This document shows, in pieces, positions 50,471 through 64,000 of a stretch of 64,000 nucleotides of DNA. Position 1 is the first letter of the stretch. Each line of letters begins with the position of its first letter. Both the position numbers and the translations under genes were made by a program. The notes beneath the pieces are model-generated. The model ran no database searches. It saw nothing but the letters and a program-made list of their open reading frames with translations, and was not told the origin of the DNA. The DNA comes from Octopus vulgaris (Eukaryota): positions 148,242,001-148,306,000 of the forward strand of contig OX597815.1 of NCBI GenBank assembly GCA_951406725.2. The letters run 5' to 3'.

Positions 50471-51544
50471 GCAAGTATGAATTTATATATGTATGTGTGT
50501 ACGTATCTCTGGGCGTGTGTATATATGTACGACGTTGAGTTTGTGTTTGTTTATTATCACCGCCTCACAATTGGTTTCGGTATATTTATCTCCCCGTTTC
50601 TTAGCGCCCGATTAACAGCCGATATTTATGAATGGAGGTGTTTGATGCTGCTGCCCTTCCATTTCCTTTCATGAAGTTGGCTTAAGGTAACATGATCTTG
50701 TTTAGTTTTGAAGATGTCTACATCCCCTTTAACTCTCATCGCCTTGGGCAATTTTGAAAAGGGTCAGTCCCTTGAATCCCAGGCTATTGCAGCATTTTGA
50801 CGGTAGGGATGTATATGAAGCTATAAGAAATGCCACCCTCTCCTGACATTTGTATGAAACTTCGTTGCCAAAGCTTGATGTAGCTTTGCTGGACTGCGAC
50901 GTGTCCAACTGTTAATTGCCCACTGTATGGTAACCATCATTCGGGACAATAGCCAAAATAGTTTAGGACAAACTTCTTGCAGAAGATCATCATGAATTCG
51001 TACACTTGTTTTCTGAAAGCTCTATAAATTCATTTTGTCAGCCGCCTACACTTCCTTGCCAAATTGGTAATATGCACATAGAAGGATATATGACTAATGC
51101 TATCTGGAATTCTCACCCTTGCAGCTTCAGTGTATTTTGTCTCCGTTGCATTTAAATTGTGTATGGTGATAGAGTAGGGCTTGAAACTTTCCATTATTTT
51201 ACTGCATATTTTTGCTGTCAGCACTCTGTATATTGCAACTAACTCGTGTTGTCCGTGCATACAATATTTAGGGTTTCTATTAAGTGTGAGATATTCATGC
51301 CATCTGCATACCTTAATCGGGATGTTCGCCGTAAGGATGAGAGCATATCTGAGAGCGGCACTATGAACAATAGTGGTATCAAGAGAGAGAGAGAGAGAGA
51401 GAGAGCGAAAGAGAGGTCCGAGTGGGACAACAGTAATCATTTGTGTTTCCTTGGAGATAATCACGTTGGCTACAACTAAAGGGTTTGTAGAAAGTCATGT
51501 AGTCACTCTCTAGTCTTCTAAATATGACGAGCTGGATGTATGTT

Positions 51545-51735
51545 GGGAGACCTCCTTCGGTCATTAATGACTATGGGATAGCACCTAGAAAGGTACCCTC
51601 CGAGGCACAATAACGGGCAAGGTTGTTTACGGAAGGCCAGCAGTCGCCCATGCATACCGCCCCCCTCTCCACGCAACCAGTGTTATCCAAGAGAAAGGCA
51701 AATGGGCCGATACAGCTTGGTACCAGTGACAAGAT
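51545..51735 (-). mobile_element. 3' part of a 14431-family SINE
   Basis: Matches 19447-19630. Confidence 0.8.
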
Positions 51736-52008
51736 GGATGTATATATTTTTGTATATACATATGCTCACATTGATTATAACCTTCTTATTTCATGGATGT
51801 TAAACTCCTGCCAAACAATTAGGTATTGAACCACAATATTTCTTTGGCTAATACCATCCATTCACGACGCCAATATAAGCTACAAACACACACGCACACG
51901 CACACACACCCATATATATATATACACACATATACATACAAAAATAAACACACATACACACAAGTATATACATAGATATATATAAGTATATATGTACATA
52001 TCTATATA

Positions 52009-52053
<45 letters not shown>

Positions 52054-52660
52054 GCATACGTACACATAAAAATACACACACACATACACACACGCTCATA
52101 TTTTATCTTAAGTTTAACTTGCTCTCTCTGCATCTCACTCGCTGAGTTAGAAGTTTGTTCTGTGCATAGTGAGAATATTGTACATTTATCTAGGCAAGTT
52201 CCAGAAATTTATTGATGTTCCCTACTGCAGCATTTCATATAACAGAAGGTTCTTATTTCCTCACTAATTACGCAAGCAAAGTGTTAAAGATAATTTCAAA
52301 TTTAGAGTTTTATTACTTTTTCAGGAGGCATACTTTCCTTGAGATTATCAAACTTGTTGTGTTTTAACAATTATTTAGAACATGTCATTTGAAGACACAC
52401 ATTCACATATACACATAAACAGACACAGATACACTTAATACATACACTTATATAAAAACCATGTGGCCGAGGGATTCTTGATACACATATACATTTACAT
52501 ACACATATACATATATTTATATATAATGTGTTGGCGTTGAAAAATATGGCAATGGTAACCTTGTTCTTTTGCCTTCCCAGCATCTTCAACTAACAGGACC
52601 ACACTGTTATCATACTATATAGATATCGAAATGTATTTAGGAATATAAAGGTATGTATTT

Positions 52661-52951
52661 ATGGAGAAACATGGCCTAGTGGTTAGATCAGCAGACTCGC
52701 GGTCGAGGGCTCGCGGGTTACGGATGATGTTTATGTTTATGAACGAAACACCTGAGCTCCACGCGGCTCCGGCAGAAGGCAATGGCGAACTTCTGCCGAT
52801 TCTTTCGCCACAACATTCTCTCACTCTTTTCTCGTGCATCTAGCAGCTCAAATGCATCGGACTGGCGTTGCGTTCAGGTTGGGAACCTATGCGCCAAGGA
52901 AACTGGGAAAGCGGCCCTATGAGACAGACATGATTTGAGAAGGAACAAACA
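52661..52951 (+). mobile_element. tRNA-derived SINE with an Arg(UCG)-like head and a different 3' tail from the 11168 copy
   Basis: tggcctagtggttag..gactcgcggtcg head and shared cacct..agctc.acg.ggctccggca block; the 3' halves differ. Confidence 0.75.
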
Positions 52952-52996
52952 AGTATGCATTTAAATATATATACATACATACGTACATACATACAC

Positions 52997-53093
<97 letters not shown>

Positions 53094-53388
53094 TATAAAG
53101 GGTGAACATTTCTATATGCTACGTTGGATACATTGCCTGTTCGCCTGGTATGTTGATTTTGTTCAATCGTTATGAATCTTGAATTATGCTTGCACTGAGG
53201 ATTAAAAAGTGCATTACTGCACTAATTCTGAAATCACAAGGATATGCAGCCAACTTCTGTTTTTAAATGACTTACTTTGAGAGTTGCATTCGGTACGATA
53301 TGTTTATTTATTTTGGTAGTTTTGTCTTTACAAGTCGCTCCTAGCGTGTGGCCTTTATGTATAGTTATGCCCTCTACATAATATATAC

Positions 53389-53423
<35 letters not shown>

Positions 53424-53470
53424 TTAACAAATAAAACATATGCAATCATACATACATATATGTACACGTA

Positions 53471-53540
<70 letters not shown>

Positions 53541-53543
<3 letters not shown>

Positions 53544-56500
53544 TTTATTTAAAGGAGCCGAAAATTCAACAAAACCTGTTATTCTGAGTTTCCCGTTGCT
53601 GTTCATCGGACAGTTTTTGCTAGAATGGAACCGATATGTCAATTCTATCCAGACTATTACAAACACTACACCTTTAAAAAAATGTTTGATTGGCCCTTTA
53701 GAAATAACGGTCAATTTTCGAGCGATAAGCAAAGATGAGCTCAATATATATATATATATAGAACTTATAAAAATTATAAAATTCGAGGAAAAACCTTACG
53801 TTGAATAAATTACATATTGACCTTACTGAAGGAAATATAATTAATACATGGGAATTGAAATGCATTAAAAATATAACACAGCAATACATATTCATATTAA
53901 TGTATACATATATATCGACATACACAGAATAGATGCGTGTGAACCCCATACATATACAGACGTATAAATATAAAGCTAAAATATACACACAAATGCATGT
54001 ATGCATATGCATACGCAATCTAGTTCGCACGCAAGCTAAAATCATGGATGGTTAAGTATCGTTCGTATTTACGAAGCAAAGCTTAAGACATGAGTAAGTG
54101 AGGGGGTCGTAAAGTTGCATGACTTTATACATGTATCGTATAGTTAGAGAAAAAAACGAAAGAAAGGAAGAGAGAGAAAAAAGAAAAAGGGGGAAGAAAA
54201 AAAAAGAAAAAAGGAGGGGTGGGGAAAAAACGAAATAAGAAAAATTATGTATACAAGCTGTGTAACCTCGTATATTGACACATATATAGAGATACAAGTA
54301 CACGATTACACAAGTTCAAGTGGATACATACACATACAGTCGTGTATGTGTGTGCTTAAGCACAAACATACGCTCACTTACACATACACAGAGACGTATG
54401 CTTGCAAATACATATTCGTGGCTATACACATATTTACATCAAAATTCTAATTTTTGACAACATTGCTTTTAAATAATGGTGAGTGTAATAATGAAAATTA
54501 TACGAAAGACATGTAAAATATTACACCCTATTTCGGATCATCTATAAATTAAAAATGAAATTAAGCCTATACAATATAATAACATGAAATAAACCAACCC
54601 GAAATTTTTTCCTAAGAAATATGTAGAAATATAAACAAAATAAACAAAATATATGCATGAGACTTTGCTATACGGAATGGAATCTGCATAGCGCGAAATA
54701 AATCCATCGTTGCGTTTACATACTAGTCCAAGGATCAAAATCAAAATTTCAAAGTCAAAAATACAAAAAGACAAGATATATACTCTATCCATATGGTATA
54801 TTTATGTTTGACATTTTAAATTTGGCTGCGTGCCTGCATAAGTCCATCAGCTCACTTCTTTGATTCAAAGAGTTATTGTCTTTGAATAAAATATAGAGTT
54901 TTCTTACAGGCAAAGATTGCATTTGAAATTATTCTGGTGTGCTCCATGCCTGTATGGTGCCGCTCTGTCCAGAATGCTCCATGTCACGTTGAAAGGTGGG
55001 GTTTCCTTTTCTTTTAGTTCCCAGACTTATTTTGCTAGGCCGGTCCTCTTCCTATTTTCTGGGTATCTAAATGAATTTTTATGCGAATAAAATCGTGTTT
55101 TAAACGAGTTTTCTGAAGCCCCTGTATATGTCTTGTATTCCGATGAGCCTTCTATTTGTACCTTCGCTCTATAAACTACCCCTTTTACTAGACATTTCCT
55201 TTCTAACGGACAGGAGGATTCATTTTTGAAATTGCATTTCTTAATGGGCTCGGCACCATGTTTAATCTCAATCGGATTCCTATTATGCTGGCTAATGTAA
55301 GAGGCGAAATTTCTGCAACAAGAATAGCTAACCTTCAGGGTTCTTCTATTAAATATCCTATAGTATTTATGGTCCTGCTTAACATGCCTAGAGACTAATT
55401 TCAAAAATTCCTTACCTATATTAGTTTTACGGCCAAATTGAAAGCCGGGTTGAAACAAAACTTTCCTGGTCCTAGTTCTTCGCGCAGCATTATTATCAGC
55501 ATTAAGCTGGTTGTACTGGATCTTCTCAGAGAATCCTCTATTCCTTAATGCGCTATCGTAATAAGGTGCAGCATTATGGAATGCTGCCTCGTCCGAAGAA
55601 ATTGAAGATATTCGTCTACCTACATTGCTGACTAAGTTCCTAAGGATAACTGGCGGATGGTTCGAATCTTTGCTAATATACGATAGCTTTTCATTGGGCG
55701 TACGGAAAGGTTTAAATGTATCCGACTTTACATTAAAACTTACGTCTAAAAAATCTACACTATTCAGGTTAGTATCTATTGTAACCCGTAAGCCTATCCT
55801 TTGAAAGAAAGTAATAAGGTCCTTCCTAAGTCTATATGATTCATGGCCGTTTAAATTATGGGTGGCTATAAGGACGTCATCCCTATATAAACCTGCATCT
55901 ATAAATGGGAATTCTATTTTTAGATTATGAAGAATAAAGGCTCCTACGAGCATACATAACTCAGCTCCGTCGTATGCCCCCATCGGTACATTGAAAAGTG
56001 AATCATCACTCTTCTTAATCCAGGTGGAATCCTCGAAAAAAAGAAGTGATTTCCTCGCATGCATAATAATATCAATTTCCGAGCTATCGATGCCGACATA
56101 CTGCTTGGCAAAGTCTAATGCCCTTAGGAGTAACGTCCTAGATATTGATTGACGGGTAAAAGTTAATAATATCGAATTGTGTAAAACTGCAATTATTCTT
56201 ATAGCTAATACCGTTAAACCACTCTATGACTGACTTACTATTCTTCCAAATTCTCAAGTCTACTTCACTATCTAACTTAGTTAAAATATGGTCCAAAATA
56301 TTTTTGCTAATAATGCCTATCTCAGTTTTAGCCGTATTTATCAATCTACATTTGGGGTTTCTATTAAAATTGGCTTTATGGTCTATATTTTATTCAACTC
56401 TATATTTTATTCAAAGACAATAATTCTTTGAATCAAAGAAGTGAGCTGATGGACTTAAGCAGGCACGCAGCTAAATTTAAAATGTCAAACATAAATATAC

Positions 56501-56871
56501 CATATGGATAGAGTATATATTTTGTCTTTTTGTATTTTTGACTTTGAAATTTCGATTTTGATCCTTGGACTAGTATGTAAACGCAACGATGGATTTATTT
56601 CGCGCTATGCAGATTCCATTCCGTATAGCAAAGTCTCATGCATATATTTTGTTTATTTTGTTTATATTTCTACATATTTCTTAGGAAAAAACCTTCGGGT
56701 TAGTTTATTTCATGTTATTATATTGTATAGGCTTGCTTTGATTTTTAATTTATAGATGATTATATTTTTAATGCATTTCAATTTCCATGTATTAATTATA
56801 TTTCCTTCATTAATGTTAATATGTATTTTATTCAACGTAAGGTATTTCCTCGAATTTTATAATTTTTATAA

Positions 56872-56923
<52 letters not shown>

Positions 56924-57200
56924 TTTTTAGCTCATCTTTGTTTATCGCTCGAAAATTGACCGTTATTTCTAAAGGGCCAATCAAACAAGTCCATTTTTTA
57001 AAGGTGTAGCGTTTGTAGTCTGGATAGAATTGACACATCGGTTCCATTCTAGCAAAAACTGTCCGATGAATGGCAACGGGAAAATCAGAGTAACATGTTT
57101 TGTTGAATTTTCTGCTGCTTTAAATAAAGCATATTACTCTACCACTGGTATTTGAGTACTCTTTTTTCCACCTTGTTTCAAAACTATTTGTTTACACCGG
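53541..57200 (-). mobile_element. Penelope-like element (RT + GIY-YIG), 5'-truncated, with a 3' pseudo-LTR and an inverted pseudo-LTR copy, inserted in (TA)n
   Basis: ORFs 56138-56344 (FDIINFYPSI) and 55027-56064 (MGAYDGAELC, YRDD, DFLDV, SNHPP, CPL..C, GVVY..YTG, FKTRF..H). 56396-57130 is an inverted copy of 53543-53877 plus 54538-54900. Confidence 0.92.
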
Positions 57201-57214
57201 TATATATATATATA

Positions 57215-57940
57215 TAAGTACAAGACACCACAAATAAACGTAGAACACAATGAGAAATGAAAACATAAAAACAAACAACGAAACGGACTTTTTTTAACAA
57301 CGAAAAAACATGGTACAAGACAAACAATACAAGGAATATTCCCCTTCATCAGCTGCCCCTCGTTCGACTCAATGCGAGTTTCGAAGGAAAGGGCAGAATA
57401 CGATCCGGCCGAAGCAGTCCTTCCTGCAAAATGAATTAAATAAAATTCTTTTGGAGAGGGATAAAAAAAGGAAAGAAAAAAAGTGACAAGAACAGTACGT
57501 AAAAGCAATACAAATAAAAATACAGTACTCATAAAGATAAAAACAGGACAAGGAAACCAACATTGACGGCTTTTTTAAAGCATAGACGGGGGAAAAATTC
57601 GTTGGAGCGCAAATTCAGAAAATCGACTGCTAGAGACAGGAGAAGTCGATGTTGGCTTGTTGAAACCTACGAGCAAAAGAATGTTAGTAGTCCAGTCAGC
57701 AAGGGCCAGAGAGAGGAGGAGTGAGAAAGAGAGAGAGATAGAAGGGAAATGAAACCGAAAGGCTGAAAAATAAGAAGGAGAGAGACAGGTAGAGAGGAAG
57801 ATAGACTGGAAGGAAGGAAAGGTCAAGTAAATGGTTAGAGAGTGCACGTAATAATTATATATAAAAACTTACTTGGAGGATAAGAAACGACGCGAGGCGC
57901 TCAGTCATGTAATAACAATTTAACAAATAAAACATATGCA
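57215..57940 (-). repeat. Non-coding TA-associated repeat; its end is partially duplicated at 58038-58100 and related ends lie near 8700, 18410-18490 and 42745
   Basis: agtaca.gaca.cacaaataaacgtagaacacaa.gagaaa.gaaaacataaaaacaaac occurs twice. Confidence 0.6.
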
Positions 57941-57987
57941 TACATACATATATGTACATACCTACATCTATACGTATATATACATGC

Positions 57988-58040
<53 letters not shown>

Positions 58041-60339
58041 TACAGGACATCACAAATAAACGTAGAACACAACGAGAAACGAAAACATAAAAACAAACAT
58101 GTATATATATATATATGTTTAGTTATATATATGCGTGTCTGTGTGTATGTGTGTCCATGCGTTTGTATGCATATGTCTGTACGTCTATATCTATGCATGT
58201 ATCTGTTTGTATATATGTATATGATGTATTATATAAAACAGATATTAACGAAGCAGCTGTTTCTTTTTAGTGATAGATTGTCAGCGTCTCTAAGAAACAA
58301 TGTATACGAATAACTTTTATTAAGAAAACGATTATCGCCCACTTTGTTTGAGATTCTATTTCTGTTTGTTCGTTTATACACACATCTATCTGTCTGTCTG
58401 TGTATTTAGCACTCTGTATCTACATATATACAAAATACACACACTCACACACACACACACACACACATATCTATATGCACAAACACGGGTGCATATGTTT
58501 GTGTATAGAAGAACATATTATTCAACCAAATTGCAAACTTGTTTGTTTTTTATATTTTATTTCCAATCTTATAATAATATGATATAATATAATATGATAG
58601 AATATAGCATAATATTATATAACGAAATGATAGAATATTACATGTCCATTCAGATTGAATTAGTACTTTCATGCATTCAACTATGCAATCTTAAATTTCA
58701 TGTTTTACAATTTACAACTGTGGCGAGATGGCTAAACTGTGCCTTGCATACATTTGTACAGGCTCCAGAAAGTTAAGTTTTGCAAACTGCATTCTGACTA
58801 ATTAGTGTGTGATTTTACTAAGTTACTTTAGTTGATTGGTGTTTGCTTTAGGTGTCACGGTATGTTGAACATGTCAAGAGACCTGTATTTTGACCCTGTC
58901 CAAAGCAGTAATTGTTGGGCTATTTTTAGAAATGTTGTAAACAACACATCCCAGGAATTTTTACATTTCACTTATCATCATCACCGTTATCACCACATTT
59001 ATTATTGTTGCCATTGTTGCTGTTTCTGTTGTTAGTGGTGGTGGTAGAAGTAGCTGTGGTAATAGAACTTTAAACCCAAAATAATTTTTACTGATTTTCT
59101 CTTGACTTAGCTAGTATTTTTCTGCTATCAGAAAGAATTCTAATGGAAATTTCATCGAAATTGTCAACCCTCATCACGATGATCGACACGCAATCCACTA
59201 TTTTAGAAGAAATAGAAAAACAGTCTACAGACGTAAAACCTGTGAGTAAACATATAAACACTGAAATCAAGAATATACCTAAAATTATACCAAGAGTTAT
59301 AAAATCTACAAGAGAAATCCTACCAAAACCTAGATGGATGTCAGAAATACACGAAAGTAATCTGGAAAACAAAGCACATTGAAAAAGAAAATGTAGCAGA
59401 CATGGATACGTTTCTAAACATAAGAAAACAAAGCTTCGGAAGGCATATAAACGTAAAAAATATGCTGAAACACATTCGAAATGGATTTCTTTACCGGCAC
59501 CCATACTCCCTTGCTAGTACCTAATTAAAGAAATTATAGGAGAATCAGAGGAGGAAACAAAAATTCGATGGAAGCTTACTGTAACAAAATTCAGGACCGA
59601 TATTTCCATTATCCTTTGTAAGCAATCCCGCTAGGGAGCAAATACGAAGCTATCGATGGTCAAATTGGAGACGAAACATCAAAATTAACGACTGTCCATA
59701 TAGCAGAAAAAAAGTGACGACTATGGATCAGTGACATCTCAAAAGAAAGCAGATCAAGAGAGTTATGGCAATAGAACCTATTATTTCTCGAAGAGTATTC
59801 TACCACTTACGGTAAAGACTATAGATCTCTGTGAAATAACATTAAAAGTCGACCAGCATAACATATCCCAGAACACGTGGAGACATAACGCTCGTTTCAC
59901 CATGAATTGAAGATGAACTATGGTAAGAACCCTTCCCTTTTTGTATGCAAACATCCTAATGCACACAATATGAAAAAAAAAAACATAAACAAGATAATAT
60001 TCCTTTGAGCAGAGGTTTAGGAGTAGAAATAACAGGAGATAGTTTCCAAGACCACAATAGAGATGACACACAAGACAATTGAAAAAGAAAAAAAAGATCT
60101 AGATTTCGAAGTCAATTCCCCCAGGTACTTAAAATGAATACTAACAAGAAATTGAAGAAAAATATATATGATACAAAACAATAGGAGAGAAAACATAACG
60201 AAGCCAAGTAAAATACCAAAGCGCAACGTCCGTCAAGCAAATATCAAGAGAAATATAAGTCATGAACAGAGGAAAAATCCATTTTTAACGTCAAGACAGC
60301 AAGCACCAGAGAAAGAAAAATATACAGGAGGAAACACAT

Positions 60340-62340
60340 AAAACAGCCGAACAAATAGATCCTAAAATAATCAAATTATCCAAAAGAGATCTTGACAATG
60401 AGGAAATTCAATATCTGTCAAAAAGACTGAAATTTAAACGTACACCAACAGTCATCCACCAAGAACTAAAGGATGTTATCCAAAAATCCTGTCGTAATTA
60501 CGACTTACAGAATTCTTCACTAATAAAAGTAATGGGATTGATGAATTTCTAGTAAAGAATAAATCAAATTTCACTCCACCAAAAGGAAGAAATGATTATC
60601 TCGAGCAATACATTGATATCCGGTCTAAATTTCCCCTTAGACGCAATACAAATGTTAGACCAAACATTAACAAATCAGAAATGTATGCACTTAAAGGTAT
60701 ACAAAGCGATCAATCAATAATAATTAAACAAATTGATAAAGAGGGTGCAATTGTTATTATGGATGCAGAATACTATAAGGATTTGACTGAGGACCGGATG
60801 GAGAAGACAACCTTCTATTGTGAAATTCTTACAAATATAGACCACCACATCATGAAGAAGACCAACAGCCTTTTTTCAAAACACCACAACTCACTTACCG
60901 ATAATTAAAAAGACTACATCACTAATCTCGAGACAAAAATTAGCAACTTCTGTGGCTTACCGAAAATACATAAATCAAAATAGATTCAGCACGCAGTAAC
61001 AGAACACAAAACTGAGTACATAAAACTACTGCATCCAAAAGACTTATAACTTAGACCTATTACAGTCGGTCCAGCATGCCTTACCCGTCGCCTAAGCAAT
61101 TTCATCTTACATGAGATTGATAAGTTTTCGTTTAAATGACATTATATTTCCCCAACATTTTGTAATTTTCTAGGCTTTTCGTTACATTTAGGGAGCAAAA
61201 TTTCAATTAAGACTTAAATTAAAGATACCTGTATTCTAAGGCTTGCATTTATTTAAGTATTTAATGTGTCGATAAATTAGGACAATTTTACGAATCAGTT
61301 ATAATGTAAGCATTCGCCATAGAAAATCAAGTTTTCAAGTAAGACTTAAATTTTTGAAGCCATTATGTACTTAAATACCCAGTTTCATCGGAGATAACAA
61401 CGACCTCATGTCCCATCTTCTCAAAACAACTGAAACAAATTCACTTCTACTTAAGTTTTGATGTGTTAAGCCTATACACCAATATTATACATGATTTAGG
61501 AATAAAGGTGGTTAGATACTGGGTAGAAAAACATAGAAAAGCGATCCCCAGCAGATTCACAGTGCTATTTATATTAGACACAGTCCGACTTATTCTGGAA
61601 AACAACACATTCTTCTTCAATGGAAATAATTACATCCAAATTAAATGCACGGTGATGGGAACGAGGTTTTCTCACATTTACGCGAACTCTAGGATATCTA
61701 GAACAACAATTCTATCAAGGATTAGAAGTAAACTATAGCACTGGTTTTAGAAATTAAATCGAAAAGGCATGGAAGATATACCTTGACGATTTCATAATCT
61801 GGACAGAATCTCTAAATACTCTGGAAGAGTCAAATAGCCTTCTGAACAACCTACACTCATCTCTCCAATTTACAAAGGAGATAAGTAGTACCAAATTACC
61901 ATTCCTAGATATAATGGTAATTATAAAGGACAACGATATTATAACACATGTATGCTACAAACAAACAGGTATACATCACCACCTGAATTTTAAGTCATGC
62001 TATCCACCACATGCAAAACGCAACATCCCATACTGCCTAGCCAGAATAATTTTTACCATTGTAGAAGATGCAAATATCAGGAACAAATACCTATCATAAC
62101 TTAGAGAATTTTTGCTCAAACAAACATATCTGTCCCTACTTGTAGAAAACGGCATACAGTGGGATATAAAAATACCCATACAACAACTGAGAACAACCTA
62201 AGGATGAGGACAACAGCAACAAATCATTTATAGTGATGCATGACCAATGTCATCAGAATATTTTCGTCATTGCCGAAGCAAATCTACCAATCATTACTGA
62301 AAATAATGAATCAAAAGATGCAATCACGGATCGACCGATA
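60340..62340 (+). mobile_element. Decayed Penelope-like element RT region; 59090-60340 may be its N-terminal part
   Basis: IIIKQIDKEGAIVIMD, LPKIHK, LRPI, FDVLSLYTNI, YIQIKCTVMGTRFS, RYLDD, LPFLDI, SCYPPHAKRNIPY. Confidence 0.85.
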
Positions 62341-62939
62341 GTTCTCAGTAAAGACTGCCTAAAAACTAGTAAACAAGTATGCAAAACCAGCATCCCTTCT
62401 TCGCGCAACCGTCATTATCCAATAGCTAGGCAAAGGCTGATACAGCTTGGCATTAGTGACGTTGCAGCTCATTTCTACAGTTGAGTGAACTGGAGCTACA
62501 TGAAATAAAGTGTCTTTCTCAAGGACACAACACACAGCCCCGTTCGGGATTGCGAACTCAGAAGTACACTCTAACAGAAGAACACTCTAACAATAGAGCC
62601 GTGTGCTTGGGCAATGTTAGCAGACTTTTTATAAAATATTCTTGTTAATGTTATCTGAATATTGCTTTCATTTATATAGTGTTATAAATTTTGATACATG
62701 CTGTATGACTACTTGATTTTCTATGGCGAATGCTTTCACTATAACTGATTCGTAAAATTGTCCTAATTTATCGACACATTAAATACTTAAATAAATGCAA
62801 GCCTTAGAATACAGATATCTTTAATTTAAGTCTTAATTGAAATTTTGCTCCCTAAATATAGCGAAAAGCCTAGAAAATTACAAAATGTTGCGGAAATATA
62901 ATGTCATTTAAACGAAAACTTATCAATCTCATGTAAGAT
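61104..62939. repeat. 229-bp near-perfect inverted repeat pair (61104-61332 and 62711-62939)
   Basis: atcttacatgagattgataag...gccatagaaaatcaagt versus acttgattttctatggc...cttatcaatctcatgtaagat. Confidence 0.92.
62385..62610 (-). mobile_element. Degenerate 14431-family SINE
   Basis: gatacagcttgg..gagtgaactggagc..gaaataaagtgtctt.ctcaag.acacaacac. Confidence 0.75.
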
Positions 62940-63618
62940 TTTGCTTAACATTCCTCCCAATATACAGGGCTGACTACCATAACAATCTCACCTATTCTTT
63001 AATCCCCGAGAATCAAATAACATCTGCCACACATCATTAATAAACTAGACAGCGATTGGAGACATGGAGATCAGATAGCTAGGTAGAAAAATGTAATCCG
63101 AGAACGATAACAATATAGACAGTTATCTGAAGAGATCGATAGAAGGGAAAAAAAACAGGAGGTTTGAAAGAATGAAAATTGGCGAACAGAGAGAGAAAGA
63201 GAGAGAGAGAGGGGGGGCCATGAATATATACATGGCGACATCAGTACAATGACAAAGTGTTAAGCTACCGAGTTATTGCGGAAAATAGATAAGAGAACAT
63301 AGGGAAAGATTACAGAAATAAAAGGAAGGTGTAAATCTTTGCAATTGTAGAGATACAATAGACAGAGTGAGAAGAGAAAATTTTGCATAACAACATCTGG
63401 AAATATTATTGCAACAAATATGCATTTCTTATTAATGCCTCAGACTTTGTATTCTGATTAGTTTTGAGAATTATGTTTCAGTTGGCTTGGCTTTAGTTTA
63501 TAACGAAATTCTCCCAAGGCGAAAAGATTCATAGAAATAAATTTAGAACCAGTCACTTATAAAACTTACATATATGCGTACATATTTATATACGCAGCAC
63601 ATGGACAGATATGATTAT

Positions 63619-63671
<53 letters not shown>

Positions 63672-63693
63672 CATACATACATACATACATACG

Positions 63694-63753
<60 letters not shown>

Positions 63754-63795
63754 TATAAATATATATAAATACATATAGATACATGTGTGTATCTA

Positions 63796-63847
<52 letters not shown>

Positions 63848-63951
63848 TAGATACACACATGTATTTATATGTATTTATATATATAAGATCTTTTTGCGTA
63901 ATAAGATAAAAACCCAAGGCTGTATAGATATTAGAGCATCTATATATGTAT

Positions 63952-64000
<49 letters not shown>

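Noticed and set aside
54538-56755. Two near-identical 83-84 aa ORFs (MDRVYILSFC...) as duplicated small genes
   Set aside because: They are the PLE 3' UTR present in both arms of the inverted repeat
57330-57400. CUGAUGA on the minus strand at ~57346-57352, and on the plus strand at 8590, as hammerheads
   Set aside because: No correctly placed GAAA or closing stems in type I, II or III topology

Overview
AT-rich eukaryotic DNA packed with microsatellites. The SINE and LINE families look like those of an octopod cephalopod; this is recognition from memory, not verified. No intact host gene, rRNA/tRNA gene, CRISPR array or prokaryotic feature is supportable, and most ORF-track entries are translated microsatellites. 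The window is mostly transposon remnants: a nested cluster of R4/Dong-clade LINEs sitting in (TAA)n tracts (1-5.1 kb), three Penelope-like elements (PLEs, one with RT, GIY-YIG and a large inverted pseudo-LTR), a Helitron remnant with an intact 3' hairpin/CTRR end, a mariner MITE and a mariner remnant, CR1-group and RTE LINE 3' ends, an L1/Tx1-like element splitting a SINE head, and many tRNA-derived SINEs. Four signals stand out. (1) A non-coding repeat family carries type I minimal hammerhead ribozymes (3 copies with covarying stems, two of them 499 nt apart), and other repeat families carry hammerhead-like variants. (2) Two long unique regions read like heavily decayed LRR/TIR (Toll-like receptor) pseudogenes, at low-to-moderate confidence. 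(3) A 229-bp inverted copy of downstream DNA interrupts a PLE RT. (4) A LINE and a SINE family share a 3' stem-loop tail. Coordinates were read by eye and element boundaries are approximate.
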